This document shows, piece after piece, positions 56,672 through 64,000 of a stretch of 64,000 nt of DNA; the stretch's first letter is position 1, and every line of letters begins with the position of its first letter. The notes under the pieces are model-generated. The model made no database searches. It saw only the letters and a list, made by a program, of their open reading frames with translations, and was not told the DNA's origin. Source of the stretch: Patescibacteria group bacterium (GTDB taxonomy: Bacteria > Patescibacteriota > Minisyncoccia > Phycocordibacterales > PALSA-1337); the NCBI GenBank assembly GCA_040387635.1, contig JAZKDJ010000001.1, positions 51,851 through 115,850 of the forward strand. The letters are read 5' to 3'. The position numbers and the translations under genes are program-made.

Positions 56672-56753
56672 GCCCGGGTGGTGGAACTGGTATACACGCA
56701 CGACTTAAAATCGTGTCTCGTAAGGGATGTGGGTTCGATTCCCACCCCGGGCA
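56672..56753 (+). tRNA. tRNA-Leu (anticodon UAA)
   Basis: Acceptor GCCCGGG/CCCGGGC, anticodon stem-loop CACGA-CTTAAAA-TCGTG, a long variable arm, and T-arm GTGGG-TTCGATT-CCCAC. Confidence 0.9.
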
Positions 56754-56842
56754 CAGTCAGACTAACTTGGATAATAAACAGCCTTGTATTGCCCTACCCG
56801 CAAAAATCTGCTACATTGATCCCACTGTTTTTATAGTTGTAT

Positions 56843-56915
56843 GCGCCCATAGCTCAGCTGGTAGAGCACTCGCCTCTTAAGCGATTGGTCGTTGGTTCGA
56901 CTCCAACTGGGCGCA
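56843..56915 (+). tRNA. tRNA-Lys (anticodon CUU)
   Basis: Acceptor GCGCCCA/TGGGCGC, D-arm GCTC-AGCTGGTA-GAGC, anticodon loop CTCTTAA, T-arm GTTGG-TTCGACT-CCAAC. Confidence 0.9.
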
Positions 56916-56933
56916 CAGGAGAAAAATAAATAT

Positions 56934-57016
56934 GCCGGGGTGGCGAAATTGGCAGACGCACTTGCCTTAGGAGCAAGCGGAGTAATCCATGGAGGTTCAA
57001 GTCCTCTCCCCGGCAC
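56934..57016 (+). tRNA. tRNA-Leu (anticodon UAG)
   Basis: Acceptor GCCGGGG/CCCCGGC, anticodon stem-loop CTTGC-CTTAGGA-GCAAG, a long variable arm, and T-arm GGAGG-TTCAAGT-CCTCT. Confidence 0.9.
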
Positions 57017-57026
57017 AATTTGAAAA

Positions 57027-57055
57027 ATACGCCTAAACACAAGCGTATTTTTTAA
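57027..57055 (+). terminator. Terminator of the tRNA cluster
   Basis: AATACGC-ctaaacacaa-GCGTATT followed by TTTTT. Confidence 0.6.
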
Positions 57056-57067
57056 TATACCTAGCTG

Positions 57068-57096
57068 TTGACATAGTATGTATATAGTGCTATAAT
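57068..57096 (+). promoter_or_regulatory. Consensus sigma70 promoter
   Basis: TTGACA (57068-57073), a 17-nt spacer, then TATAAT (57091-57096). A leader of about 120 nt follows. Confidence 0.65.
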
Positions 57097-57219
57097 TATC
57101 ACCAGTAGCTGTAAATCTTGTGCGGAACCGTATTCGGTAATCCGAGAACACTCGAAAGCAGCAAACAGTTTGTTTAGTCGGCACGGAGCCAATTAAACTT
57201 CGACAAAGGGTTAATAAAA

Positions 57220-58524
57220 ATGAAAGTTACGAATCTCAAGGCCGTTGCAACCGCAACTGGCTGGAAACTCACCTTCACACCTCTCGCTGCGCCTACAGCC
57301 ACACCGCCAGCAACCGCAGCTCCGCATAAGTACACTTTGTACCTTTCGGAAAATGCTGACTGGCTCAATAGCTGGCAGGCTGCCGATGCCGGTCTTCGCT
57401 CACAAAGTGTGACCGAAGTGGCAAGAGCAACAAGCAGTGGTGAATTCAACGTCCGTTGGACCAAAGGTCCATTCTTCGCGACTGTCGTCCCGGTGAATCC
57501 GGCGACTGGTGCTGAAGAAGAAGCGGAGACCATCCGCGTTGACGAGCATCCTCAGAACGTGGCACGGAAAAAGAAAATCCGTAACACGTTCTTGTGGGCT
57601 GCAGGCGTCGCTGTGTTGATCATCGCGGCCGTCATCGGAGCTTGGTACCTCTACACAGAGGTCATCAAGCCGAGATCAGCAAGGAAGCAGATCGCCATCA
57701 ATCAGGCGGCGAACACGCCGTACACGGCGGATGCTTCGGTAGCGTCGGACATCGCAGATTCCAGAGCGGCAAATGATGCTCGCATGGATCGAATCGAAGC
57801 CGCACTGCAGGCTCTCATACGACCACCTGCACCTGCCGCCCAGATCCCAACGGATCGTGGACAGCAGGTCTTGGCGCCGCAAGGCAGCCTAGGTTCATTT
57901 GGCACTTCTCCTCATCAGGAAACCCCTGCTACAGGAGTTCGCCATCGAACCATCGCTCACCCGCCGCGCACCGAAAACGGTCGCACCTTCTACCCTGTTA
58001 CTGAACAGGTGGAAGTAACGAGTGAGATCAGCACGCCGGCCGTCGGTGCGCAAGGCAACGTTGGCACGGTTCCTTCAGGAAGCGGTGGGTTGAGTGGTCG
58101 AGTTGATCACTATCACCACTTCGATCCTGTTCAAGGAAACGTCGCTGGCAACCTAGGAATTGCTCCTCGGCAGCCTGCTACGACACGACAACCGGCTGTT
58201 GCGCCTAACGCCCCTACGGCAACGCAACGTCCCAACATCGTGCGCATGCGAAATGAGCCGGCCCTTATCCGCATTGAACCGGGCCAAGAGGTTCGAGTGT
58301 GGAAGGCATCGAATCGGGAACTTCATTTCAGGCCCGAAACGTACAACAATCCCGACCTCCAAATCATGGCAGAAACCAGCACGGGAGAAATCGTGCCGGT
58401 GGAAAATCTGGCCGTGATGCAGGGATCGACGGACAACAGGGTGTCTGCACCTTGGGCAGTGTTCAAAAACAATGGACGCAGCGTGCAAACAGTGCACATC
58501 ACCTACACTGATAAGTACCAGTGA
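57220..58524 (+). CDS. Single-pass membrane protein: beta-rich N-domain, TM, Pro/Ala/Gln-rich linker, beta-rich C-domain (GC-rich)
   Basis: It has no signal peptide. The TM is FLWAAGVAVLIIAAVIGAWYLY, preceded by ARKKKIR. The linker is low complexity (PPAPAAQIPTDRGQQVLAPQG...). I recognise no family. Confidence 0.5.
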   Translation: MKVTNLKAVATATGWKLTFTPLAAPTATPPATAAPHKYTLYLSENADWLNSWQAADAGLRSQSVTEVARATSSGEFNVRWTKGPFFATVVPVNPATGAEEEAETIRVDEHPQNVARKKKIRNTFLWAAGVAVLIIAAVIGAWYLYTEVIKPRSARKQIAINQAANTPYTADASVASDIADSRAANDARMDRIEAALQALIRPPAPAAQIPTDRGQQVLAPQGSLGSFGTSPHQETPATGVRHRTIAHPPRTENGRTFYPVTEQVEVTSEISTPAVGAQGNVGTVPSGSGGLSGRVDHYHHFDPVQGNVAGNLGIAPRQPATTRQPAVAPNAPTATQRPNIVRMRNEPALIRIEPGQEVRVWKASNRELHFRPETYNNPDLQIMAETSTGEIVPVENLAVMQGSTDNRVSAPWAVFKNNGRSVQTVHITYTDKYQ

Positions 58525-58547
58525 AATAACCCTTCAGATCATTCAAG

Positions 58548-58592
58548 AACGCGGCAATCCAAGTGGGTTGTCGCGTTTTCTTCTTGTTTTTT
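58548..58592 (+). terminator. Intrinsic terminator
   Basis: AACGCGGCAA-tccaagtggg-TTGTCGCGTT followed by TTCTTCTTGTTTTTT. Confidence 0.75.
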
Positions 58593-58662
58593 CTTACTTA
58601 TTCTCCTTACCTTTTCATCAAAAATACCCTTATACAGCCACACTTTTACCCTTTTCTATCTA

Positions 58663-58691
58663 TTGACTTTACTCTATAAATATGCTAATAT
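58663..58691 (+). promoter_or_regulatory. Strong sigma70-like promoter (TTGACTTTA type)
   Basis: TTGACT (58663-58668), a 17-nt spacer, then TAATAT (58686-58691). A structured leader of about 147 nt follows. Confidence 0.6.
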
Positions 58692-58844
58692 ATATACAGA
58701 TTGATGGAGCGACTTATTTTTGTAAGGAAGGCTCATTGACATCGTCCACCTACCTGGTGGAAAACAATAACTGCTACGTTTCGGGCAACCGAAGCTAAGC
58801 GCATAACCATCTCCCCTCAAAAGGAGTGGCTAGAAAGCAATTGT

Positions 58845-59915
58845 ATGGCAATGGAGTTTAACTGGGCAGCACTAGGTACTACACCTGGTTCGTCTGCAGC
58901 CACTTCGACACCACGTTCCCCGACCACAGTCGCAGACATCGTAGTTTCCCACGATTCGGAAAATTCGACGCAGGACAGGAGTATGGAAGAAGGTGACGTA
59001 GAGCAGCCGACTAACTACACCCCGTGGAGATGGTTCTTCGGACTAGGGACGATGTTCCTGTGTTTCGTAGTCTCCATGACACTAGTGGTTCTCACCTTCG
59101 GCTTCTTTGGTGCCTCTCCGGAAACAGTGTTGTACTTGTCGATCCTCATTTGGGCCGCTGGGTACTTCCTGTTTATTGGAAAATATGTTTGGCATTACAA
59201 CAAAGGCTACGAGGCTACCGTGATGGAAACATTGACGGGGAAAAAATGGGTTGCGACTCCGGGCATAAGCCCAGGGTATTGGTTCGGTGACAGTCCCGCT
59301 CGCGCTCCGATCCTTCTAAACAAAGAGATCTGCGAGATCAAGCTGGGCGGAACCGAAAAGGAACCTGACGGCAAGGAATTCACCTTGGGCGACAAGACGA
59401 AAGTGGTCATTCTCGCCAAGATTCCCTGTATGCCTAGCCTGCCCTATCTCCTGAACCTTGCGGTTCAGGACCAAGCCACCCTCGAACAGGTCGTCAGCGC
59501 CCACGTGGTGCGACAGATCCAAGAGAGGCTTGGGCACGAAACTGCCGCTACAATCAAGTTTGGCTCTGAAGGCATCGACATGATATACCAAACACTCTAT
59601 AGTTTGTTTCGCGGTCCTAAAGTGCAAACAAATTTTGAGAAGAGAAATGGTATGAACATGCCCGACTACATAGTCAGCCAAGTCAAACAACCAAAGATTG
59701 TGGAAGAGGGTGCACAGACGACCCAGTTGGTCGTTAATGCAGCCAAAGCCATCGCAGCAGCTCGCGCGGCCAATCCTAACATGTCGCAGATAAACGACAG
59801 TGAGATCTTCCGCGAAGCGATGAACATTGAGAAAGCTCAACGGGCAATCTTCTGGGGAGCACCAACTGGCGGAGGCGGCAAAGGCCAAAAAGGTGGCGGC
59901 CGTAAACCAAAGTAA
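58845..59915 (+). CDS. SPFH/band-7-like membrane protein with Gly/Lys-rich tail (GC-rich)
   Basis: Two TMs (FFGLGTMFLCFVVSMTLVVL and VLYLSILIWAAGYFLFI). The SPFH-like pattern is PGISPGYWF...VVILAKIPCMP...LEQVVSAHVVRQIQERLG...GMNMPDYIVSQVKQPKIVEEG. The tail is GGGGKGQKGGGRKPK. Confidence 0.5.
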   Translation: MAMEFNWAALGTTPGSSAATSTPRSPTTVADIVVSHDSENSTQDRSMEEGDVEQPTNYTPWRWFFGLGTMFLCFVVSMTLVVLTFGFFGASPETVLYLSILIWAAGYFLFIGKYVWHYNKGYEATVMETLTGKKWVATPGISPGYWFGDSPARAPILLNKEICEIKLGGTEKEPDGKEFTLGDKTKVVILAKIPCMPSLPYLLNLAVQDQATLEQVVSAHVVRQIQERLGHETAATIKFGSEGIDMIYQTLYSLFRGPKVQTNFEKRNGMNMPDYIVSQVKQPKIVEEGAQTTQLVVNAAKAIAAARAANPNMSQINDSEIFREAMNIEKAQRAIFWGAPTGGGGKGQKGGGRKPK

Positions 59916-59936
59916 CACAACGAAACGGAGGAAATT

Positions 59937-60419
59937 ATGCAGAGTAAAATCAAGAACTTCGGAATAGCAGTCTTTGTCCTTATTCTCGTGGGCTCAACGA
60001 TCTGGTTCATCAGATTCAAGGTCACGAAACATACGGTTGCAGAGACTGCCCAACAGAAACAATCCCCCTTCGTTGACGCGAGGGTGGCACAAGTAGCAGC
60101 AGGGCCGGTGATAACTATGGAGGAACGTACGATTCACATCGGACGCCGTCCTTCAGAACCTATCACAGTGAGCGGTGAGGAAATCCTCATCCACTACTGC
60201 CTCGGTGAGGTAGGTCGGCCGAAACACAGATACCAGGTAAGCGTAGACGGGAGTGAATGGATGACGATGAATCCAGCGTTTGTAGAAGTTACGCCTGAAG
60301 GCAATAGCTTCCAATTCCGCTTGGATCCAGAAGACCCCACGCTCCCCGCCTATGGAACGCTTCGAGTTCGAAAACAACTCAAGCCTTCCAGCGAGCTCAA
60401 CAAGCTCGCTCGCTACTAA
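59937..60419 (+). CDS. Membrane-anchored hypothetical protein (160 aa), co-operonic with the SPFH-like gene
   Basis: SD GGAGG lies 6 nt upstream. N-terminal TM FGIAVFVLILVGSTIWFI and a beta-rich C-domain. Its position resembles an NfeD partner, but I see no sequence support for that. Confidence 0.45.
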   Translation: MQSKIKNFGIAVFVLILVGSTIWFIRFKVTKHTVAETAQQKQSPFVDARVAQVAAGPVITMEERTIHIGRRPSEPITVSGEEILIHYCLGEVGRPKHRYQVSVDGSEWMTMNPAFVEVTPEGNSFQFRLDPEDPTLPAYGTLRVRKQLKPSSELNKLARY

Positions 60420-60477
60420 ACACTCAACAAAAGGAGGACGATAACATAGAACATCGCAAACCGCTTCGGCGGAATGC

Positions 60478-60515
60478 AAAGAGCGACAGCCAAGTGGTTG
60501 TCGCTCTTTTTCATT
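60478..60515. terminator. Terminator shared by the SPFH operon (+) and the pilin-like array (-)
   Basis: AAAGAGCGACA-gccaagtggt-TGTCGCTCTTT followed by TTCATTTC. Confidence 0.7.
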
Positions 60516-60569
60516 TCTATATTTTTTTGTTTTTTTGATTCTCTTGGATTTTCTGAGACTTCCTCCTGC

Positions 60570-60866
60570 TTAGAAATTCACATTCGTACCAATCGTATTT
60601 GCCACAAACCTGATGATTCCATATACAGATGCCATGATAGCCATTCCGATTACCCCCCAGAGAATGTGCTTCTGTCCTGTTGTCCTTCCTTCCGGATCAT
60701 CTGCATGCATGATGAGCTGAAGCATACCCCAAAGGAACACCAGCACGGCCGCTCCAAAAAGTAATGTAACAAGAGGAGCTATGATGTACTGCGACAACTT
60801 GGCAAGCAACGCATCGATTGCTTTCATGTCAGCAGCTGCCAGTGCGACCTTAGGGAATAGAAACAT
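60570..60866 (-). CDS. TrbC/VirB2-like small membrane protein (T4SS-pilin-like), paralog 5
   Basis: Two TMs flank a charged loop: LVFLWGMLQLIMHADDPEGRTTGQKHILWGVIGMAIM. Confidence 0.55.
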   Translation of the reverse strand: MFLFPKVALAAADMKAIDALLAKLSQYIIAPLVTLLFGAAVLVFLWGMLQLIMHADDPEGRTTGQKHILWGVIGMAIMASVYGIIRFVANTIGTNVNF

Positions 60867-60886
60867 AATGAAGTAAAACGTGAGTA

Positions 60887-61255
60887 TTAATCAACGTTAG
60901 GTCGAGTACCGAGAAGGTTATCTACCTTTGGAGTCTTACCCTTGATTGCCCTACCGTCACCGAGGTTAACTACCTTGATAACAAGAGCTACGAGACCCCA
61001 GATCGAGAAGATGACCGCGAGACCAATGACTCCTCGAATGATAATGTCCTTACCCTTGTCCTTTCCGTCGTCACCTCCCGCGATGAGATATCTCACAACA
61101 CCGAAAATCACGTAAATGATTGCGATAGAGATGAGAACGTAGACAAAAAGGTTACCTAGAGCGATTAGACGGTCAGCGAGTGACTGCGCGTCCTCGATCT
61201 GAGCGCTAGCAAAGGCTGGCGCAAAAAACATTAATGATGCAAGTAATTTTTTCAT
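60887..61255 (-). CDS. TrbC/VirB2-like small membrane protein, paralog 4
   Basis: Signal peptide MKKLLASLMFFAPAFASA, TM1, the loop LIAGGDDGKDKGKDII, and TM2 GVIGLAVIFSIWGLV. Confidence 0.6.
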   Translation of the reverse strand: MKKLLASLMFFAPAFASAQIEDAQSLADRLIALGNLFVYVLISIAIIYVIFGVVRYLIAGGDDGKDKGKDIIIRGVIGLAVIFSIWGLVALVIKVVNLGDGRAIKGKTPKVDNLLGTRPNVD

Positions 61256-61353
61256 ATTATTTTAATAAGCACGTTGTGCTAATGAGCATATTGTATCACA
61301 CAGAAACAAGCCAACAATCAGGGCTGTGTATATTTAATAAGGGTTCCTCCTTC

Positions 61354-61803
61354 TTATTTGAAGGTAGTTGGTTGCTTGGTAACACCTCTACTACCTGTCA
61401 GTCTCTGATAGAGCGTAGGCTTACTTACTCCTGCCCCTCCTCCAATTCCAACTGATCCTGTAGGAACGTTGATTCCAGGTGGATTAGTGTTATCGAGGCG
61501 AACTGTATTGATAACGAGATTCACGAGACCCCAGAATGTAAACATAACTGCGAATCCTATAACACTGTACATAACGTACTTTCCTGCTTCAGTTTTGTCT
61601 CCGTCAGCTTTGAAGAAATAGCGGAAGACGTTCCAGATGAATAGGAGGACGGCAAGCGCCATAATGAAATAGATGGCCAAGTTGAAATACTCAAGAACGA
61701 GTCCAACAAGTTCGCTTAGGTTGCCGACAGCTAAAGTGATGACAGGAAAAGCAGTGGCTGCGACGACGATGCTCCCTTTGACTACGCTTGGTTTGATATT
61801 CAT
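61354..61803 (-). CDS. TrbC/VirB2-like small membrane protein, paralog 3
   Basis: N-terminal signal/anchor, TM, the loop FKADGDKTEAGKYVM, TM SVIGFAVMFTFWGLV, and a Gly-rich tail. Confidence 0.6.
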   Translation of the reverse strand: MNIKPSVVKGSIVVAATAFPVITLAVGNLSELVGLVLEYFNLAIYFIMALAVLLFIWNVFRYFFKADGDKTEAGKYVMYSVIGFAVMFTFWGLVNLVINTVRLDNTNPPGINVPTGSVGIGGGAGVSKPTLYQRLTGSRGVTKQPTTFK

Positions 61804-61845
61804 AAATTTAATAACGAGGTAATGAGACTATTATACTACCTTATG

Positions 61846-62310
61846 CTACTTACCTAGCAGCCCAGTATCCACAAACGGACTGAGGGTTGCCTTGATGATC
61901 TGAACGATGATTTCAGCTCCGAAGAGTATAGCAATACCTATGATGACGTAGAAAAAATGCTTGCGCGCATCAGAAATTTTATCTGAATTACCTTGAGCAA
62001 CGATGAATTGGAAGCCTACCCAAAGGAGAGCAAGGAAAGCAATGATCACTCCTATCTTGATGGCGACACTTACGATATCCACCATGAGCTCCTCAATACT
62101 ATCGGACTTAAGTGGGTTCTGAAGAACGGCTCGAGAAGCTGCCTCAGGCTTCCCTCCTGATGGATTGCCGGCAGCTCCCCCTGAAGGGTTACCTGCAGCT
62201 CCTCCACTCACTCCAGTTGTTGGCTGCGCGAACGTTACTGGCGCTATTGAGAAAGCAAGAATGATGAGCAGGAACGCACACGAAACTATTTTTGCGATTG
62301 TAATTTTCAT
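61846..62310 (-). CDS. TrbC/VirB2-like small membrane protein, paralog 2
   Basis: Signal peptide ending PVTFA, the repeat GGAAGNPSGGAAGNPSGG, TM, the loop AQGNSDKISDARKHF, and TM YVIIGIAILFGA. Confidence 0.6.
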   Translation of the reverse strand: MKITIAKIVSCAFLLIILAFSIAPVTFAQPTTGVSGGAAGNPSGGAAGNPSGGKPEAASRAVLQNPLKSDSIEELMVDIVSVAIKIGVIIAFLALLWVGFQFIVAQGNSDKISDARKHFFYVIIGIAILFGAEIIVQIIKATLSPFVDTGLLGK

Positions 62311-62311
62311 A

Positions 62312-62740
62312 TTATTTTTTCAAAAGCGATGTAAATGCCGAGTCGTCTTTGCCTATAAGCGTCACTATTGTGTATACAATAAACCAAGCACATAGCATCA
62401 GCACCATGCCCAGGATCACGTGACCGAAAATCCCTTTTGCCTTATTGATATTAGATTCAACACCCGTCACATACAAGAATCCAGCATATGTGAAGAGAAT
62501 AATGGAAACAGCCCCAGCAATGGCGAAGAGCCACTTGATCAAATACTGAATACTCTCTACAAGTGTGTCGAAGTTACACTTCTTCTGTGTAGCAGTAGAA
62601 GATGTGCCACTTGTCACTCCATCACATTGAACCAGCCCTTTGTATTGCGCATGCACAGGCTGAGGCATGACTTGGAACATCGATACCCCAATGAAGAGCG
62701 CTACGACCGATGCAACGAAAAAGTTAAAAGCTGGTTTCAC
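62312..62740 (-). CDS. TrbC/VirB2-like small membrane protein, paralog 1
   Basis: Signal peptide, TM, the loop VTGVESNINKAKGIF, and TM HVILGMVLMLCAWFIV. Confidence 0.6.
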   Translation of the reverse strand: MKPAFNFFVASVVALFIGVSMFQVMPQPVHAQYKGLVQCDGVTSGTSSTATQKKCNFDTLVESIQYLIKWLFAIAGAVSIILFTYAGFLYVTGVESNINKAKGIFGHVILGMVLMLCAWFIVYTIVTLIGKDDSAFTSLLKK

Positions 62741-62753
62741 GAAATTAATAATA

Positions 62754-64000
62754 TTAGTTTACGTTTAATAATATCTCTAATTGTCCCTGTGTTCTTCGAA
62801 GCGCCTCGCGTGGGAGCAAGCGGCCACTTGTAACAGACTCGATGATTTCCTGGAAAAGGCTATCTGACGAGGCAACGTCAGGATCAAGCCATGACTGCGA
62901 GATAATCGCTGAGTCATAGAAAATCGTCATGAATGGATCAGATGTGCCTTCTGCGAGCATATCTCTTCTGACAGGAGGAAGATATGTAACGTCAGAGAGA
63001 GCTGCGAGGGATTCTGGAGTTAGGAGCTTAAGGATGACTTGGTATGCTGCATCAGTATTAAGCGATTGGTTCACAATAGAAAATCCATAGAGACGTCCGT
63101 ACGTAGATTTTAGTTCAGACGTAGCACGCTGTGGGAATGGAATGACATCGAAATTGAGGTTAGGATTCTTGGCCTGAATATCACGAATCTCTGAAGCGAA
63201 TCCGAAATACGTCGCCAACTTACCACTAAGGAAAAAAGCTTTTGAGCTAGGAAGAGACCTGTTCCAAGAATAATCCTGTGAAATAGGGTTTGCGAAGTTA
63301 ACGAAGAATTCTACTGCAGGTGCTGAATCTTCAAGACCAGGCTTACCTGATTGTCCTAGGGTGCTCACTACCCCTTCAGTTGTTCGAACTGTAATAGGGT
63401 TCCCTACTTGGAAGAAGAGCGTCGAGAGTATTTCTCGCGCGTTATCTAGGTTTCTATATTCACCAAGAGCAATGGCGCTTTTTTGAATGTTTGATGCAAG
63501 GTCTTTTTTGGTGAGCTTAGGAATCAACGCATCGTAGTCTGCCCATGTTGCTGGCGGCTTTGCGATAGATGCACTCCTGAATGTGTCACGATTCCAGTAC
63601 GACACCAAAGGATCGATAATGAATGGGAAACCGATAATACCGTCAGCTCCGAGATAGAGCTCGGCAGCCTCGATAAAGGTATCTTTGTATGATCTCGCCG
63701 AAAGCGTGTCGTAAGGCACAGAAACAAACTTATCCTCATGCTTAAGCGTCATTTCAGCAGGAAGAAGAACCATATCAGGTCCTTCGCCTCGAGCGAGCGC
63801 CTGGATGAACTTATTGTCGAAAGCATCCACAGATACTTCTGTATATGCAATGTCGAGAGCATTCTCTTGATCCGCCTTGAGGCTATTCAAGTAGTCATTA
63901 AAAGTTTTTACTGACAGCGTACCCCACACAGTAACCTGAGGAAGCTTGTTCTCTGCGTCAGGTCCTTTGTACAGAGCGAACGCAGTAATGCCTCCTATAA
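62754..64000 (-). CDS. Extracellular solute-binding protein (ABC transporter, family 1-like); N-terminus off the right edge
   Basis: The frame stays open upstream of the track start (..IGGITAFALYKGPDAENKLPQVTVWGTLSV). The SBP_bac_1-like pattern includes ARGEGPDMVLLP and WNRDTF. Confidence 0.65.
   Translation of the reverse strand, partial: IGGITAFALYKGPDAENKLPQVTVWGTLSVKTFNDYLNSLKADQENALDIAYTEVSVDAFDNKFIQALARGEGPDMVLLPAEMTLKHEDKFVSVPYDTLSARSYKDTFIEAAELYLGADGIIGFPFIIDPLVSYWNRDTFRSASIAKPPATWADYDALIPKLTKKDLASNIQKSAIALGEYRNLDNAREILSTLFFQVGNPITVRTTEGVVSTLGQSGKPGLEDSAPAVEFFVNFANPISQDYSWNRSLPSSKAFFLSGKLATYFGFASEIRDIQAKNPNLNFDVIPFPQRATSELKSTYGRLYGFSIVNQSLNTDAAYQVILKLLTPESLAALSDVTYLPPVRRDMLAEGTSDPFMTIFYDSAIISQSWLDPDVASSDSLFQEIIESVTSGRLLPREALRRTQGQLEILLNVN

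Noticed and set aside
60430-60447. A strong SD-like AAAGGAGG lies downstream of the 160-aa gene.
   Set aside because: No start codon follows within a usable distance (ACGATAACATAG), so no extra small ORF is called.
1-64000. I looked for CRISPR arrays, rRNA genes, IS elements, transposases, integrases and prophage genes.
   Set aside because: No regularly spaced direct repeats, no rRNA-like conserved stretches and no recognisable recombinase or phage structural proteins appear in any ORF.

Overview
The window reads as a chromosomal segment of a small-genome, low-to-moderate-GC bacterium. It looks Patescibacteria/CPR-like because ValRS, ProRS (no INS domain) and IF-2 have short architectures, there is a tandem array of TrbC/VirB2-like 'T4SS pilin' genes, and SD sites are weak. 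That lineage call is inference only. TGA is a stop codon, so the standard code 11 applies. The backbone is dense housekeeping. It includes translation genes (rpmA, rplI, rplU, rpmG, cysS, valS, lysS, proS, infB, rbfA, frr, greA). It includes replication and repair genes (dnaB, recR, rmuC, holB-like). It includes a short dcw cluster (mraZ-rsmH-ftsL-ftsI-murF) and an mreB-mreC-mreD-mrdA cluster plus a second mreB. It also includes murA, alr, clpB, rseP, a cysteine desulfurase, and six tRNAs (Glu, Tyr, and a Cys-Leu-Lys-Leu cluster). I see no rRNA, CRISPR array, transposase, integrase or phage structural genes. The unusual part is a set of about seven visibly GC-richer, self-contained cassettes wedged between housekeeping operons. 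Each has its own sigma70-like promoter, and most have a long structured leader and a hairpin terminator. They encode the following: a tiny secreted protein with a PEP-CTERM/VPDSG-like tail; a DUF218-like protein; a secreted DNRLRE-like protein divergent from a B12-binding radical-SAM-like enzyme with a non-canonical CX8CX2C motif; a small basic protein behind a four-helix-junction leader; two PVC-style pilin-like paralogs; an orphan coiled-coil protein; and a membrane trio that includes an SPFH-like protein. One cassette (43.64-44.07 kb) appears non-coding and looks like a roughly 380-nt structured RNA that I cannot classify. All function calls come from motif recognition by eye. No database search or folding program was run.
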